A stretch of 64,000 nt of DNA, taken from NCBI RefSeq assembly GCF_036321535.1, contig NC_087437.1, positions 72,852,001-72,916,000 on the forward strand. The letters are read 5' to 3'. The DNA is from Camelus dromedarius (taxonomy: Eukaryota). Positions 1 through 12,470 of this stretch are shown in pieces. The first letter of the stretch is position 1, and every line of letters begins with the position of its first letter. The translations under genes were made by a program, and so were the position numbers. The notes below the pieces were generated by a model. That model was not told where the DNA came from, searched no databases, and saw nothing but the letters and a program-made list of their open reading frames with translations.

Positions 1-1284
1 AGAAAATGCACTGTCCAGATTACAAGTATCAGACCATTATATTTAGGATATTTACAAGATAATGGTAGGTGGGGTTACTAAGTTTCACCACTACATGTGC
101 CCAAATAAAAACCACCTCTTCAGAAAGTTGAAAAATAAACACAAAACCAGCCAAACCTGCCATATCTTGAAGAACTGCAGCCTCAGAAAACATTAACACA
201 CACACATACCTTAACATATTTATGCTAAGAGAGAGACTGGCATACTTCATATATTCTTAAATTATGTGATGGCTTCTCTGAAAGTGGCAGAGTTCTTTAG
301 GAAGGAAATCAAACCTGTATTTTCAGTGTTCCTTAATGAATCCTGAGAATCTTAGTCCAAAATAAAGGTTATTAAAATTTTCCCAAATAAAGCAAATGTT
401 TATAGATGTTTCCTGGCCTTTGGCATAATTCATCCCCGGGTTTAGGTGATTCTGACTGTAGACCTTGAAGAATCCTCCTCTGTTATGTGATCACCACAGT
501 GAAGACAAAGCCGAGAAGCAGAGAGGCACGGAATAACTACGTGGAGGTCCTGAGTGTCTGTGTGCGCCTGTACTTCAGATCCACTTCCTGAAGCAGGAAA
601 AATCATCCTTTAAAAATAGTCAATTTTATGCAAGGAAAATATTGACTCTGGGATCACATGGGGATAAAGATGCTCTCTCTTGACCCTGAAACCATCACGA
701 TGGGCTGAAATTGGAAGCTGAGAGCCTCTGGGAGCAAACTCTGATCTTCACACCATCCTGTCCCCACTCCACGCTACTGATCAAAATACACTCTCTTAAG
801 AGTCATCTTCTATTTTTCCACAGTAATATTTACCAAATCCAAACACGCTGTGTTCCCTACTCCCTTCCCTAATTTCTATAAACTGGGAAGAGTCAGGGCA
901 TAAGTAGCCTCAGGAGAGATCGAACAAACAGAAGTTGACCCCATCACCCACGGTCACAGTGCTTTTCCCCTTTAATTCAAAAGCAGAGAGGATGGGTTTT
1001 TAAAATACTATAAAATAAACAAAATAATGACACCATCTCTCCATTACTTAACTGTTGACTGTGCAAAGTGGGTGTTAGAAGACATTTAAGTTTTCCCTTT
1101 CCTGCTACCTACCTTTTAACCATTTCTTTTGCTTGGAAGGAAAAGGCAGAAGGACGTGAATCAGCAGAGATCAATAAGCAACTGACTAAATTAACTTTAA
1201 TCAATGCTGTTTTCTGTATCTAGCCAAAAGACCCAATAAAGGAAATGGTTACATTAGGATGTTATTTTTATTGTAATGGCTAAT

Positions 1285-1485
1285 CTAGTGCAAAGAATAC
1301 TGGACAGGCTGCCAGGAACATGAGTCAGGAGACCCGTCCCTAGTCCCGGTTCTGCCAAAATAACCAACAGAAGCAAGAGCCGGAGCAAGACACTTGGCCT
1401 GTGTTCACCCTGTTTTAGCAGAGGTTTCCTCATGTTTAAAATGGTGAAGGTGAACTAGATGTTCTTTCGGCTCCAACTTTCTAGA
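1285..1485 (+). mobile_element. MIR/MIR3 SINE relic
   Basis: GAGTCAGGAGACC...TAGTCCCGGTTCTGCC head and TTTCCTCATGTTTAAAATGG core. Confidence 0.6.
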
Positions 1486-4024
1486 CTCCCAGAGATGCAA
1501 GTTAAATAACATAGGAGTGCCAGCTATCCAAAGCAGGAAATGGAAATGACCACAGAACAGAAACATGTTTTAGTGATAAGGTAGCAGCTACCTAATTGGG
1601 AAAAGATTGCACAGGCGCTGTTGCTCATGACATTCCAAGGGCATGGTAAATTATTTCAGCACAACACAGTGAGAAAAAGGCCTGCTCAGGGCTATGTTAA
1701 TGTAATATAATATGGGTATTTCATTCAGCATGATGTATAAGAAATATTTTGCCTACATTCCCATGGCTTGCAATTTCCTTAATAAATCTTAGGCTGTTTT
1801 TGAAAAGCTACTTCTGCAATGATGTAAGCAGTGTGGCAGCCAGACCTCACTTTCCAGTCCCCTCTGAATATCTCTTGCCCAAGAAGCACTACTCAGGCTG
1901 CGTCTGACCTGGTCAAAAGCTTGTAGAAGCTGGCCTTCCAGTGCTTTTACCTGCCCTTGTTTTAGCAATACAGTGGTCAAGAAGCAAATCTAGGAGAAAT
2001 CTTATCACCTTTAGCATTTTTGCTCTTCCATATGCTAATTCCATAAGCTTATTGCCATCTGGAGAGGTCACATGCTGCATGCAAACAAAATATTCTAAGA
2101 TGATCAACACCGATTTCCACTGAACTCTAGATTTAGCAGCAAATTTTAGAAAAGACTGACCTTGCTTGAGGTCACAATATTAAATATTGGCGTGAACAAA
2201 CTTTTTCTTCCCCCTTAATTTGTTAAGTAAGGAAAAGAAGTTCATCTAATAAATCAACCTACCCACACGAAGCAAAACAAGTATCTCTTGTTAAAAAAAA
2301 CTCTAAAATGTCTCCATATAACTTTGCCTATTACTCTATATCTTTTTTATCTGCTTATTTGTATGGCCAGCTTCTCCAGCCCCTAGCCTTCCCACTGAAT
2401 CTCAATAAAATGATTTTTATACTTGGGTTTCTTCTATTGACCACTCGCTGCTATAGGTAACAATTTTGCCTTTAAAGCAGATTCAGCACAAAGCTTCTTT
2501 TCAATGTCTAAGAAACATTCCTAAAGATCATGAAAACTGTGCAAATTAACCTTCTAGAAGATTTGAGTTCCTGGGTGGCAGAGACAAGCTCTGCCTTAGT
2601 AAATGTTTATTTTGAAAGGATTGGAAACCTGAACTGTCCGTTTTGGTTTCACTCACTTTCAAAAGTAGAGTCACATTCACCAAATGCCAATAAGTATTTC
2701 TAGCCAACAGTTATATTAAAAAAAATAAATAAATAAACTCTTTATCTCTCCCATCCTATGATAAATAAGAATGACTAGATGAAAGGTGAAAATGAAAAGG
2801 GTATTTATACCCCTTTATTGTAGCACCTGCAGAGAGCAGACCCCTTAAAAAAGTCATCACTTCTGAATCATTTCTAAATATACTGCTATGTACTTGGCTT
2901 TGAGGTGCAACCATTGGCCAGTTGTCAAAATGATAAGAACCTACAACATTGAGGTTCAGAGCTCTTCCAAGAAAGGCACACTAAAAAAATTCTTCTATAT
3001 TGCCAGAACCTCCCAGATTTGAGGGTTATAACTACCATGGCAGGACCACTTAGCACACAAGACTAGAATCCCTAATCACTGGCCTATTGGCTAATCGTAT
3101 AATCGTAGTAATGTAAATGTGAGAGTGGTTAAATGTGCACAACTTTTCTGATCAACAAAAATTCACTGAGATCACTCCTTTCCATAACCAGAGCCATTCA
3201 CAAATACCATGCTTTAAAAACTCTCCTAGGAAATGAACAAAAACTTTATATTACTATCATTCTCTTCCCTATTGAGTAAACAGATAGAATGGTAGAGACT
3301 GGGGGTGGAGAGAGCAGAGAAAGTGCAATGAAACAGGACTTTGGAGGTCTGGTTTGCAGGTTCTCACCAGCCAAGTGAGTGGATGCAGGTAAGAGGACTT
3401 TTGAGATTCTTTTTACCCCCTTTATTATTTTGCTCTAGTCCCTCAAAGAGCCGATTCTTAACCAAAGTTCTGTGCAAATATCGCATTCACCTTAGATAGC
3501 CACTCATCAGCTTATGAATTTCCCCCACAACTGTCCTAAAGCATGCTCATTTTCTTATATGACAGGTGTCTTTTTTAACTCTGTACTCAGGAGGCCTCTC
3601 TCATCCTCCCTTCTGTCCTATCCATTCATGCCCTCTACTCTTAACCCACGAAGCAAGGAGGGACAAAAAAAAATCTCAAATGTTCTGTTTTGTACCTGGA
3701 TTCAAAAGCAGCATCTGCTATGTCTGTGGAACCATCTGTTGCCCACTTTGCCACGGGAAGGATGGTGCAGGCATCAGACGTGGAGTGTCTCAGGTCACAC
3801 AATAGAATTGTGCCTTTCTTGGAGCTGACACACCCAGGCATATGTTCCACAGTCACCATAGTTAATGCTACCCTTCCCCCATCAGAGTCTATTTAATTCT
3901 TCATGGAGAATGCTACCTCTAAATTCTCACAAAAGGTCAGGTCCTTTTTTTAAAAAAATTACATTTGCCCAAAAATCAGTTTCTAAATTCTCTAATCTTG
4001 GGTTGTTCCTATAACTAACGTCTA

Positions 4025-4140
4025 TCACTCACTTGAGACCTTACTAGTCACTAACCTCTGGGCATCTCAGTTTTTGTATTTATAAAATGAAAAGATTGAA
4101 CTCAGTGATTTCTGAGGCTCCCTTGCACTGTAACATTCCA
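4025..4140 (+). mobile_element. MIR/MIR3 fragment
   Basis: GTCACTAACCTCTGGGCATCTCAGTTTTTGTATTTATAAAATGA core. Confidence 0.6.
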
Positions 4141-4339
4141 AAATTCCAAAATTTTAAGCCAACTCAAAGTCAGTGAACATAAGTTCCTTCACATCTATGG
4201 TTATATTAAGACTTTTACTGCCAAGGGCAAAAGAATCTGCTGCAGACAAAAAGGTCTCTTTGTGTTGAGGAAGAACAGTCAGTTTCTTGAGGATCCAAAT
4301 TAAATTAAGATCGCTAATCTTGTTAACATATGCCCTCAA

Positions 4340-4571
4340 GGTGCTACTCTAGTGAAGAGTTTGGGGCTGGATAATTCAGTTTGAGTGGCCTGCGCATCGT
4401 AGGATATTACATAGTATCTGAGGCCTCTACTCACTAGATGCCAGCCCAACTGGCAATTGGGGTTGCCCCTAACTCCCAGTTTGGACAACCAAAAATGTCT
4501 CTAGACTTTGGTCAGTAACCCCTGGGGAGCAAATTCTCCCTGACCCCACCTGCCTCCATTTAGAACCACTG
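4340..4571 (-). mobile_element. MER20-like hAT-Charlie DNA transposon
   Basis: Reverse complement of recalled MER20 motifs: GGCCTCTACTCACTAGATGCCAG, ACAACCAAAAATGTCTCTAGAC, terminal AGAACCACTG. Confidence 0.8.
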
Positions 4572-6857
4572 CTGTTAATGTGTACCAGGGCTTCAAAATA
4601 AAGCACATCACTTGAAAGTTGTTTTGTTTCAAAGAGATGACATTTACACAGTTAATAAGTAAAGTACACCAAGGCCTAACAGACAGTCAGATTTATAAAA
4701 CACGTATTCCACTTGGAAGATGTACAAAACCACTGTCTTTCCAAGTTATTCATAGAACCACCTTCCTGCTAAGGGTTGAGAATTAGCATGCAAAGTTATA
4801 ACCTCAACTGCTCTTTTAAAGTATTTAAAAGGAATCCCGTTTTTCACAGGAACTCCTCTAGTGCACTCCAGAATCAACCACTGCATACAGACCTCAAAAT
4901 GGGGCTTTGAAGAAAATAATGAAACCCAGTGGTGGGTTTAATCACTTCAGCTCTTTTTTCCCTCTCTTGTGCAAAAGCCAGTATATAAAATGATTATGAA
5001 AAGGTTGCTAAAGCGTTCCAGCTTTGGCCCAGGGTTCTTTAAGATAGGAGTTAGCAAGCTCTGAGCCTAATTTCCCAAGTATCTTTTCCTCCCCCACTTC
5101 AAACAGGAATCCAAGAGACAAACCCTAAAGTCAGTCCTCAGCCCAAAAGAACAGCAGCTGCCAGCTGCATGAAACAGACAGAAGCTTGCAAACTGACTGA
5201 AATGATGACTGCTCCTAACCAAACATCTCATTTTTCCATTTGTGAGAAAGGCTGGGATTTGCAAACCTCTGGGTCTCGGGAGGTGAAGGCTACACTAGTC
5301 AACTAAGCAAAAACTCAACTCCGCCTCAATTTTAAAGGAAACGCCAGTTATAAATGCGTTGGGGACTTTACAGAGTTTCTTAAGCACATATGTTTAAAAT
5401 TCCACATTAAATATGTAACACAAAAACAGCTTTAAAAAATTTTTTTTAAATAACTTAAGTCCAGGATGTGAAAGGGGAATCATGAATAGACACAACTGTT
5501 ACCTTTCAAAGAACCTTAGCTCTTTATTCAAACAAATATTTACACAATTGAGGGCAATGGTACCAGGGATGTAGCCATTCTGTTAAAACCGCGGGCAACT
5601 CTAAAGGTTTATTTATCCCAAATCCAACTACTCTGTTGCTATCCTACCGAGAACCAAGAATTCAAGTGCTCTCGGGGCAAAAGTTTAACCCTCTGAAACT
5701 GTGAACCTCATTTAGACCTCTCCCAGCTGAATTCAGGTAAGTTAGAATCTCAGACACATCTCAAACGCCTAAATTAAACCAAACTAGGAAGCTTAAAGTT
5801 ACACGTCCAATACTAGAAAATAAATATCTGTAATTAATACGTTCATAACGATGAAGGGAAATGCGGCTGACACATATTTACACTAAAAGCACATTTTTAT
5901 GCCTCATCTCCGAGTTCCACTCCCAGCAGCGTCTGGCTGTGACTAGCTGCGCATTCTAGAATTCCTGAGAGCTACTTCAGAGCAGCAGAAGGAAGACTTC
6001 TAGGGATGAGGGCAGGGCCAGGCGAGAGGATTTCCAGCCCAGGGCATGTCTACCGACATAAAAGGCTGCGGGCGCAGTTCCCTCTTTTACATAAGAAAAG
6101 TAGATGGGGCGCAGGTTCGACTTTCGAAGCTCTTTCAAACAGGAAACCCCAACCCTGGAAGGGACAGCCGGTCAGCTTTTTAATTTCCTGGCAGTGGCGG
6201 GAGTTAGCCAGGTCCTCGGCGCTTTAATAAGTGATGACTGCTAGAACTAAGTTGTTCAGTGCACCAGCAAACGTTTCAGTTACGCCTCAGCCGTGCCGGG
6301 CGCGGGTGAAACGGGGGTTCAGAACATTCCCCACTTCCAGCCGCTATCTCTTGGGGTTCCGAGACCGCCATGCCGTAAATTTGAGGGGGATCCAAGCCAA
6401 ACTGGAATGCAGGTTCTGGGCGGTTCAAAACTCGAGAGCCCCACTCTTGAAACAAAGTGGACCAGAAGCGCAGCTAGCTAGATATTTGGGGCGGGGGGGG
6501 GGGTCGTCCTTGAATTCCGCGCCCACACCCTCCAGCAACCGAACTTCTTCCTCCGCCCACGGCGACAAAGCAGCTCTATCCCGAAGACCCCGATCTCTCT
6601 CTCCTTGGGAATTCCAGACTTCCAGGCAAAAGTTGCCTCCGGTCCCCCCAAATCCCTCCTGTTCCCTAGAATCGTTCTGTGAGCTTCTCTTCTACCCCGA
6701 CACGCCCTCCCCAGGATCTTTCAACAGAGGTCCACCCATTCCGGGGGTTCGGGGCCCCCCAAAGCAGCGCAGCCCAGGCTCTGCTATCCCAGTCCTGGCT
6801 TTTGTCCCTGCAAGCTTGCATGAGAAGCAAAGAAACTGCGCCCCGGCACCCACTCAC

Positions 6858-7050
6858 CGCCTCATCTTTCCTCGGAGCCGCCGCTCTCCACGCGCCCCGC
6901 CGCCCGTGGCCTGGCCCTTGCCCCCGCCTCCCTGCCTCCCTCCCTCCCTCCCTCCCTCCCTCCGGCCCCCGGCCCCCGGCCCCGCCGCAGCTCCAGCCGC
7001 AGCCGTCCGCGACTCCGGACTCGCGGTGTGCAGTCAGCGCGCCCCTCCCG
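6858..7050 (-). other. Probable first exon (mostly or entirely 5' UTR) of a minus-strand gene; possibly RAPH1 (unverified recollection)
   Basis: Minus strand reads ...CCGAGGAAAGATGAGGCG|GTGAGT, a consensus donor (plus-strand ACTCAC at 6852-6857) inside the CpG island. The 5' end (TSS) is approximate. Confidence 0.7.
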
Positions 7051-7210
7051 GCCCGGGCGGCCACTGCCTCCTCTCCGCCCCCAACCCTCCGCGGCGCAAA
7101 CGGGCGGCGACCAACTCGGCGGCGGGGGAGGCAGCGCCCCGGGGGAGCGGCTGGGCTGTGCGGATCCGGCGCGGCCCCCTCTGCCGCGCCGCCCACCGCC
7201 CCCTCCTCAC

Positions 7211-7380
7211 CTGGCGCGTCCGCGCGGCCAGGTCCCAGCGGCCGGGGAGGGGAGGCGCGCTCCGGGCGCCGAGTCGCCGCGTGCGGTCCCCCTCGGGCCG
7301 CGGTGGTGGGCTCCGCGCGGCTCGGTCCCGTGCCCCGGCCCCCTTCGTAACCACCGCGGCGGGCTCCGAGGGACTCGGAG
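7211..7380 (-). other. Possible alternative upstream first exon
   Basis: Minus strand GACGCGCCAG|GTGAGG donor (plus-strand CCTCAC at 7205-7210) in the CpG island core. The TSS is not determinable. Confidence 0.45.
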
Positions 7381-8029
7381 CCGTGAAGTCGGTGAAGCTC
7401 CCGGGCAGTTTGCAGTTGGGGCTGTTACTGCTGCCGGGGGGTCCTGGCCAGTCGGCCCATTACGGGACCCAGTTTCTCCCAGCCGCGTTTCCAGCCGCGC
7501 AGTAGACTTTTGTGGCAGGCTTTCTTAATGAGCTGGAAGAAGGGTGGGAGGGTCCACGTCCTCAGGAGACGATTTCCTCACCCGACGGTGATGTTTCTAC
7601 TGGGAAACTCCAGGTGACCGCACCGCCTCCCAACAGTTCGCCCGCGGGCAGGTACCTGATGCGTCAGAAAAGCAGTTATGCAAAATCGTTGGAGAACAGC
7701 CTTGGCTGAGGATTTTAAACCAACTTCTACTGATTTCCTTTCAGTTATTTCTCTTGAAAGTTTTTTTTTTATTTCCAACGTGTTTTGATCAGTTGCTGCA
7801 GCCAATGAAAACCATGCAGATGGAACGGTGGCCGCTTTCGCGGAAGACGACCAACTGGACCCAGGGCGACCTCAGTGCCCCTCCGCACGCGGGCGTGTGA
7901 CCCTCTGCCAAATCCTGAGCGACACTCTAGGCTTACAAAGGTGAAGGTCATGGCCCTCGAGGAACTCAAAACTGCAAGAAAGAGCACAATGAAATGCAAA
8001 CTAACTTGTGATCAGCAATGACAAAGTAT

Positions 8030-8195
8030 GGCTTTGGGCAGGTGGTTTTAGTTCCCAAGAACAATTTCATCTACTGTGTAGTAACAATGATACTGATGTT
8101 GCAGGATTGTTAATAAGCTTCCAGATAATGTATGCCAAGTGCCTGATACCATGAGTGACACTCAGTAGGCACTCAACAAATAGTTATTTGTTTAT
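8030..8195 (+). mobile_element. MIR fragment
   Basis: CAGGATTGTT...GATAATGTATG...CACTCAGTAGGCACTCAACAAATAGTT 3' end. Confidence 0.6.
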
Positions 8196-8399
8196 TAATT
8201 GCACTTATTTAATGCACTTTTCTTTTGTACAAGTAAAAATCTGACTTCTAATTTAAGGGAGTAATTCACCTATGAACTGCTTGGTGTTTTACAGAAGTTT
8301 TTTTTTTTCCTGTCCTGGCTCTTCTCCGCAGGAACATACAGGAATCAGTCCACCACTTAAATACTCCAGCAGTTCTCTCTTACCTCCCACTTCATCAGT

Positions 8400-9972
8400 T
8401 TCCCCCTAATTATTGAATCATCCCATCACCATAAAATCATGTCCTTTCTCCCACCTTAAAAACAAAAAACTCTCTCTTGAAGCCACTTCCCTCTCCAGCC
8501 ACTTGCCCTGTTTTCCTGCTCAGCCACAGCAAAACTCCTTTAAAGAGTTGTTAAGAAAAGCTGTCTCCAAGTGTTCTCTTCCCATTTATTCCAAACAGGC
8601 TTTTGCTTCTGCTCTGTCCCCTAGAACTTCTGTCAAGATCAAACTACTAGATTAGAAGTTTTCTCAGAGCTCATCTCACTTGAACCATCAGCAGAAATGA
8701 ACTCTTTCTCCTCCTGGAAACGATTTTAGCTGGACTTCCACAGCGTTTTCATGGTTTTGTTTTTTTGTTGTTGTTGTTGTTTTTCCTACTCCATTGCTTG
8801 CTCCTTTTCAGTCCCCTTTGCTGCTCCCTTCCCTTCTCCCAGCATCTGAGCAGTGGAGTCCCCAGAGTTCAGACTTTGGACCTCTTCTCTATCTACACAC
8901 ACTCCCTTGGTGACCTCATCCTGTCTCATGGCGCTAAAGACTACCTATGCAGTAATGACTCCCAAATTTTGCCTCCAGCCTGACCATCTTCCCTTTAACT
9001 GCTTGCTCCAGTCTACTGCCCACTTAGGGACTTCTCCTAGGTAACATTTCTGACACTGAAATCCTGAAATTCCTCCCTCCATCTCCCTTTGCCAACTGAA
9101 GTCTTCCTCACATCAGGCCAAAAACCTTGGTGTCATCCTTGACTTTTCTGTTTCTCTCACCTTTCAAATCCAATCCATCAGAAAAAATAATTTTCAGCTC
9201 TACTTTCAAAATAAATCCAAAATTCAACTGCTTACCACCTCCACTGTTATTACCACCTAATTTACCCTCATGTCTTGACTTTATCCTCACCCTATTTCTA
9301 CTTTTGCCCCCATGCAGGCAGTTCTCAACACACAGCCAAAGGGATCCTTTTTAAATATGGAGACAACTCATATCCCTCCTCTGCTCAAAACCCTGCAATG
9401 ATCTTCATCTCAATCAGAGCTCAAGCCAAAAGCTGTGGAATGGCCCAGAAGGACAATATGTGATCTATCATTCTTTGACCTCAGCTCCTGCTTCCCCAAC
9501 TTCCCTCACTTAGCCTCACTTCCACAATGGCTTCCTCAGTATTCCTGGACCAGATTCCTAGATGAATGTGCTCCCATCTCAGGGCCTTTAAGCTCGGTGT
9601 CCTTTCTGCCAGGAATTCCTCCCCCACCCTTAGTTATCTGCAAGGTTGGCTCCCTCACTTCCTTCAAGATGCTGCTCAAATGTCACCATGTTCCTCAGGC
9701 CTGCCCTGACCACACGATTTAAAATTAAAAATGCATTCCCCACACCAGTGAGCTTTCTTCTTCTTCTTCTTTTTTTTTTTTTTTTTTGACAGAATTATCA
9801 CCACCTATCATATTAAAAATGTATTTTTATTATGTTTATTATGTGATAGACTCTCCTCACTATAATGTAAGTTCTATGCAGGCAGGGACTTTTGTCAGCT
9901 CTCTACAGTGATTTATCCCCAGTACTCCTAGAAAGATGCCTGGCTTGTAGTTGGTGCTCAAGAATGAATGTT
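8400..9972 (+). mobile_element. L2 LINE (3' portion, degenerate)
   Basis: TCTACACACACTCCCTTGGTGACCTCATC, TGACTCCCAAAT, AAAACCTTGGTGTCATCCTTGAC, and 3' end ATGTAAGTTCTATGCAGGCAGGGAC...GGTGCTCAAGAATGAATG. Confidence 0.8.
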
Positions 9973-9989
9973 TTTCACTCATACAGCTT

Positions 9990-10153
9990 TACAACAGCAA
10001 CAACAACAGCAACAACAACAAAACAACAACAACGTAATCCAAAAATGGTCAGAGGACCTAAACAAGCAATTCTCTAATGAAGACATGCAAATAGCCAATA
10101 GGCACATGACAAAATGCTCAATATTGTGAATTATCAGAGAAATGCAAATCAAC
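9990..10153 (+). mobile_element. L1 ORF2 3'-region fragment preceded by imperfect (CAA)n
   Basis: AAAAATGGTCAGAGGACCTAAAC...GAAGACATGCAAATAGCCAATAGGCACATG...AGAGAAATGCAAATCAA. Confidence 0.8.
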
Positions 10154-10249
10154 CCCCCTCCAATTTGTGAAACAACTGTTTGTACTATAGTTATCTTTAA
10201 TATTATGCCTAGATAAAGAATCAAGAAATGTTTATTTGTGGAGTGCATT

Positions 10250-10410
10250 GAAAAAGATCATTGATTTTAGAATCATGGAGACCTGGGTTTAAACACTGAC
10301 TCAGCCCCTTTACCAGTCAAGTAATTTGAGTGTGCTGTTTACCTTCATTGACAAATTTCTATTCTGAGAAATGGGACTGATAACACCCAACTCATATTTG
10401 TATTAATTAA
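10250..10410 (+). mobile_element. MIR
   Basis: AGACCTGGGTTTAAACACTGACTCAGCCCCTTTACCAG box-B-like head plus core. Confidence 0.6.
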
Positions 10411-10479
10411 TGTGATAATGTAGGCATTCTTTTCACAGAAGATAGATAGCACCCAAGGATTACTCAAAAGTGTAGTTTC

Positions 10480-10926
10480 TTTTTTAAAAAATTCTTTTCT
10501 TTTTCAGTGCAAGTGGTATATATTTAAGGTGTACAACATAAATATTTGATGAACGTAAACATAGTGAAATGATTGCCACAGGTAAGCTAATTAACATATC
10601 TTCTCACATAGTGATCTTTTTTGTGTATATAATGAGAACACCTGAAATCTGATCTCTTATCAAATTTCCAATATTCAACACAGTATTAACATTAGTCATC
10701 CTGCGGTCACATTAGATCTCTAGACTTACTTATCCTTTAACTGCATCTCCCCATTTCCCCTGTCTCCCTGCCCCTGAAAACCACTTTTTCACACTCAGCG
10801 TCAGCATCTATGTAATCCACTTTTTTTGAGTTCCACATGTTAGTGAGATCATGCAGGTTTTTTTTGTTTTTTTTTTTTTTCCTTTCTTTCTGCATCTGGC
10901 TTATTTCACTTTGTATAATGTCTTCA
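10480..10926 (-). mobile_element. L1MA-type L1 3' end
   Basis: TATATTTAAGGTGTACAACAT, ACATTAGATCTCTAGACTTA, TTCCACATGTTAGTGAGATCATGCAG, CTGGCTTATTTCACTT. Possible TSD: TCAAAAGTGTAGTTTC (10464-10479) / TCAAAAGAGCTGTTTC (10927-10942), 13/16. Confidence 0.85.
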
Positions 10927-12239
10927 TCAAAAGAGCTGTTTCCAACCACACTTGCCCTTCTGTGGAACTGTTGTCAATGACATCAACCATTGAGTTGTAC
11001 TGCCTTCTAGAAGTTGAGTTCCACTTCATAAACTCCTTCCTTTTAGAATTTAATACTAAGATGAAATTTCTGTCTCAAAAATATCAATGTACTTTCATTT
11101 CTTAGAAAAGATACCTTCATTTATTTTCACATTAGATTTGCAATCATTGTTAAGGAGAACTGTATAAACCAAAGTTTCCCTTTGCATCCTGGGTTTAAGG
11201 AAACACAGTGTCAAATTTTTTATTAAATTATTGTGCTATTATAAATTACAATTTAAAATATACAGTAGTGCAATTAATGTATAGTAGTACAACTTGATTG
11301 TACTATTATAAATTATGTTATTAGATTTATCGTACTAAAAAGATTTTGCTCCTTACTCTTTTTTTTAATGTCTTCAATGTGTTCTTATTCCAATAACCTT
11401 ATTGGATACTTGGATTTTACTCTATGTTCTCATATACATTAAGTATAAGTAACACACTAGCTCTTCAAATTAACACTAGAAAATTAACTAAAATTAAAGT
11501 GGAAATTTATTCCCATATGCTGCTTTATGTTCAAACTTTTGTGAGATTTGTTGTCTAATTATGAGAAAAATTTCAATACATTTGGAACGTCTGATTAATT
11601 TCTGCATCAAAGAGTTTCTTTCTGTTGTGCCCCCATGTTTTTTTCTGTGAGTTTATATTGGAATCAAGCAGGAAAAGGATACTGGGTGTGTGTGTGTGTG
11701 CGCACGTCCCCTTAGATTAACTTACCCTGCTGTGTTTATCTGGTTTACTTTTCTAATCACTCGAGGAACCTGAATTGGTCTACTTTTCCTGCATGGCAGA
11801 CCTAAAACAAAGAGTTTTCTTTGTGGCTTATCTGCTCACCAGAGAAAAAAACAGTGCTCTATCCATGGTAATCCTTGATACTGCAGGGAACTCAGTTTCT
11901 CTTCTCTGCTGCTCCTCTTTAATTTTCCTTTCATCTGACTTTCGTTATCCCATACCTTGAATCCAAATTCACCCTTAGTATAATATATTACTAGTTTATT
12001 TATGTATTTGTGTATTTATTTTGGAGCCATGGTTCTCAGGGATGTTTGAATTGATGTGTCAGATATATACAGACTTCACTGTATGCCCAGATGGGTGGGA
12101 AGTGGAGATTAAAAATAAGACATTTGTGTGTCCATGTATAAGGAATTTACTGCCAAGCACATAACTGTAACATGATAATGTAATTAAAAAATAAAGGGAA
12201 TGATAGAAATGAGTTCAGAGAGAGAGTATCTCCGCCTGA

Positions 12240-12470
12240 TGGGTCCACCAGGGAAGACATCGTGTGTGGCCTTCATATTGAAAGGAAGGCCTTGAAGCAG
12301 AGGAGACAGCATGAAAAAAGCCAGGGGCAGGTTGGGAAGCAGTGAGTAATGTGGCCTGCCTGAACCCACAGTACGTGGAGGGAGGCTCCGGAGATACGAT
12401 CGAGGGAGCTGGGGCCAGATGAGGAAGGGAGAGATGGGGCCTCGAATTTTAGATTTCATGTCTAATACCA
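12240..12470 (-). mobile_element. L2 fragment
   Basis: Purine-rich L2 antisense pattern (GCAGAGGAGACAGCATGAAAAAAG...GGGGCCAGATGAGGAAGGG...TTTTAGATTTCATGTCTAA). Confidence 0.5.

Larger units (their letters stand above)
1..6857 (-). other. Probable intron 1 of the minus-strand gene (continues beyond the left edge)
   Basis: Lies downstream of the GTGAGT donor. AT-rich, with MIR and MER20 relics and no recognisable coding exon. Confidence 0.6.
6240..7925. promoter_or_regulatory. CpG island / TATA-less promoter of a minus-strand gene
   Basis: Abrupt rise in GC and CpG density against a CpG-depleted, AT-rich background. GC boxes (GGGCGG near 6488, CCGCCC near 7075). C-rich plus strand at 6860-7210 gives G-skew on the minus strand. 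Confidence 0.95.

Noticed and set aside
1789..5264. Short minus-strand ORFs as possible coding exons of the gene
   Set aside because: No recognisable protein and no convincing acceptor/donor pairs; lengths are as expected by chance.
6231..7505. 424-aa plus-strand ORF and the other long overlapping ORFs in the CpG island
   Set aside because: GC-rich sequence lacks stop codons in several frames on both strands. The peptides are low-complexity Pro/Arg/Ala/Gly with no domain, and the splice signals point to a minus-strand transcript.
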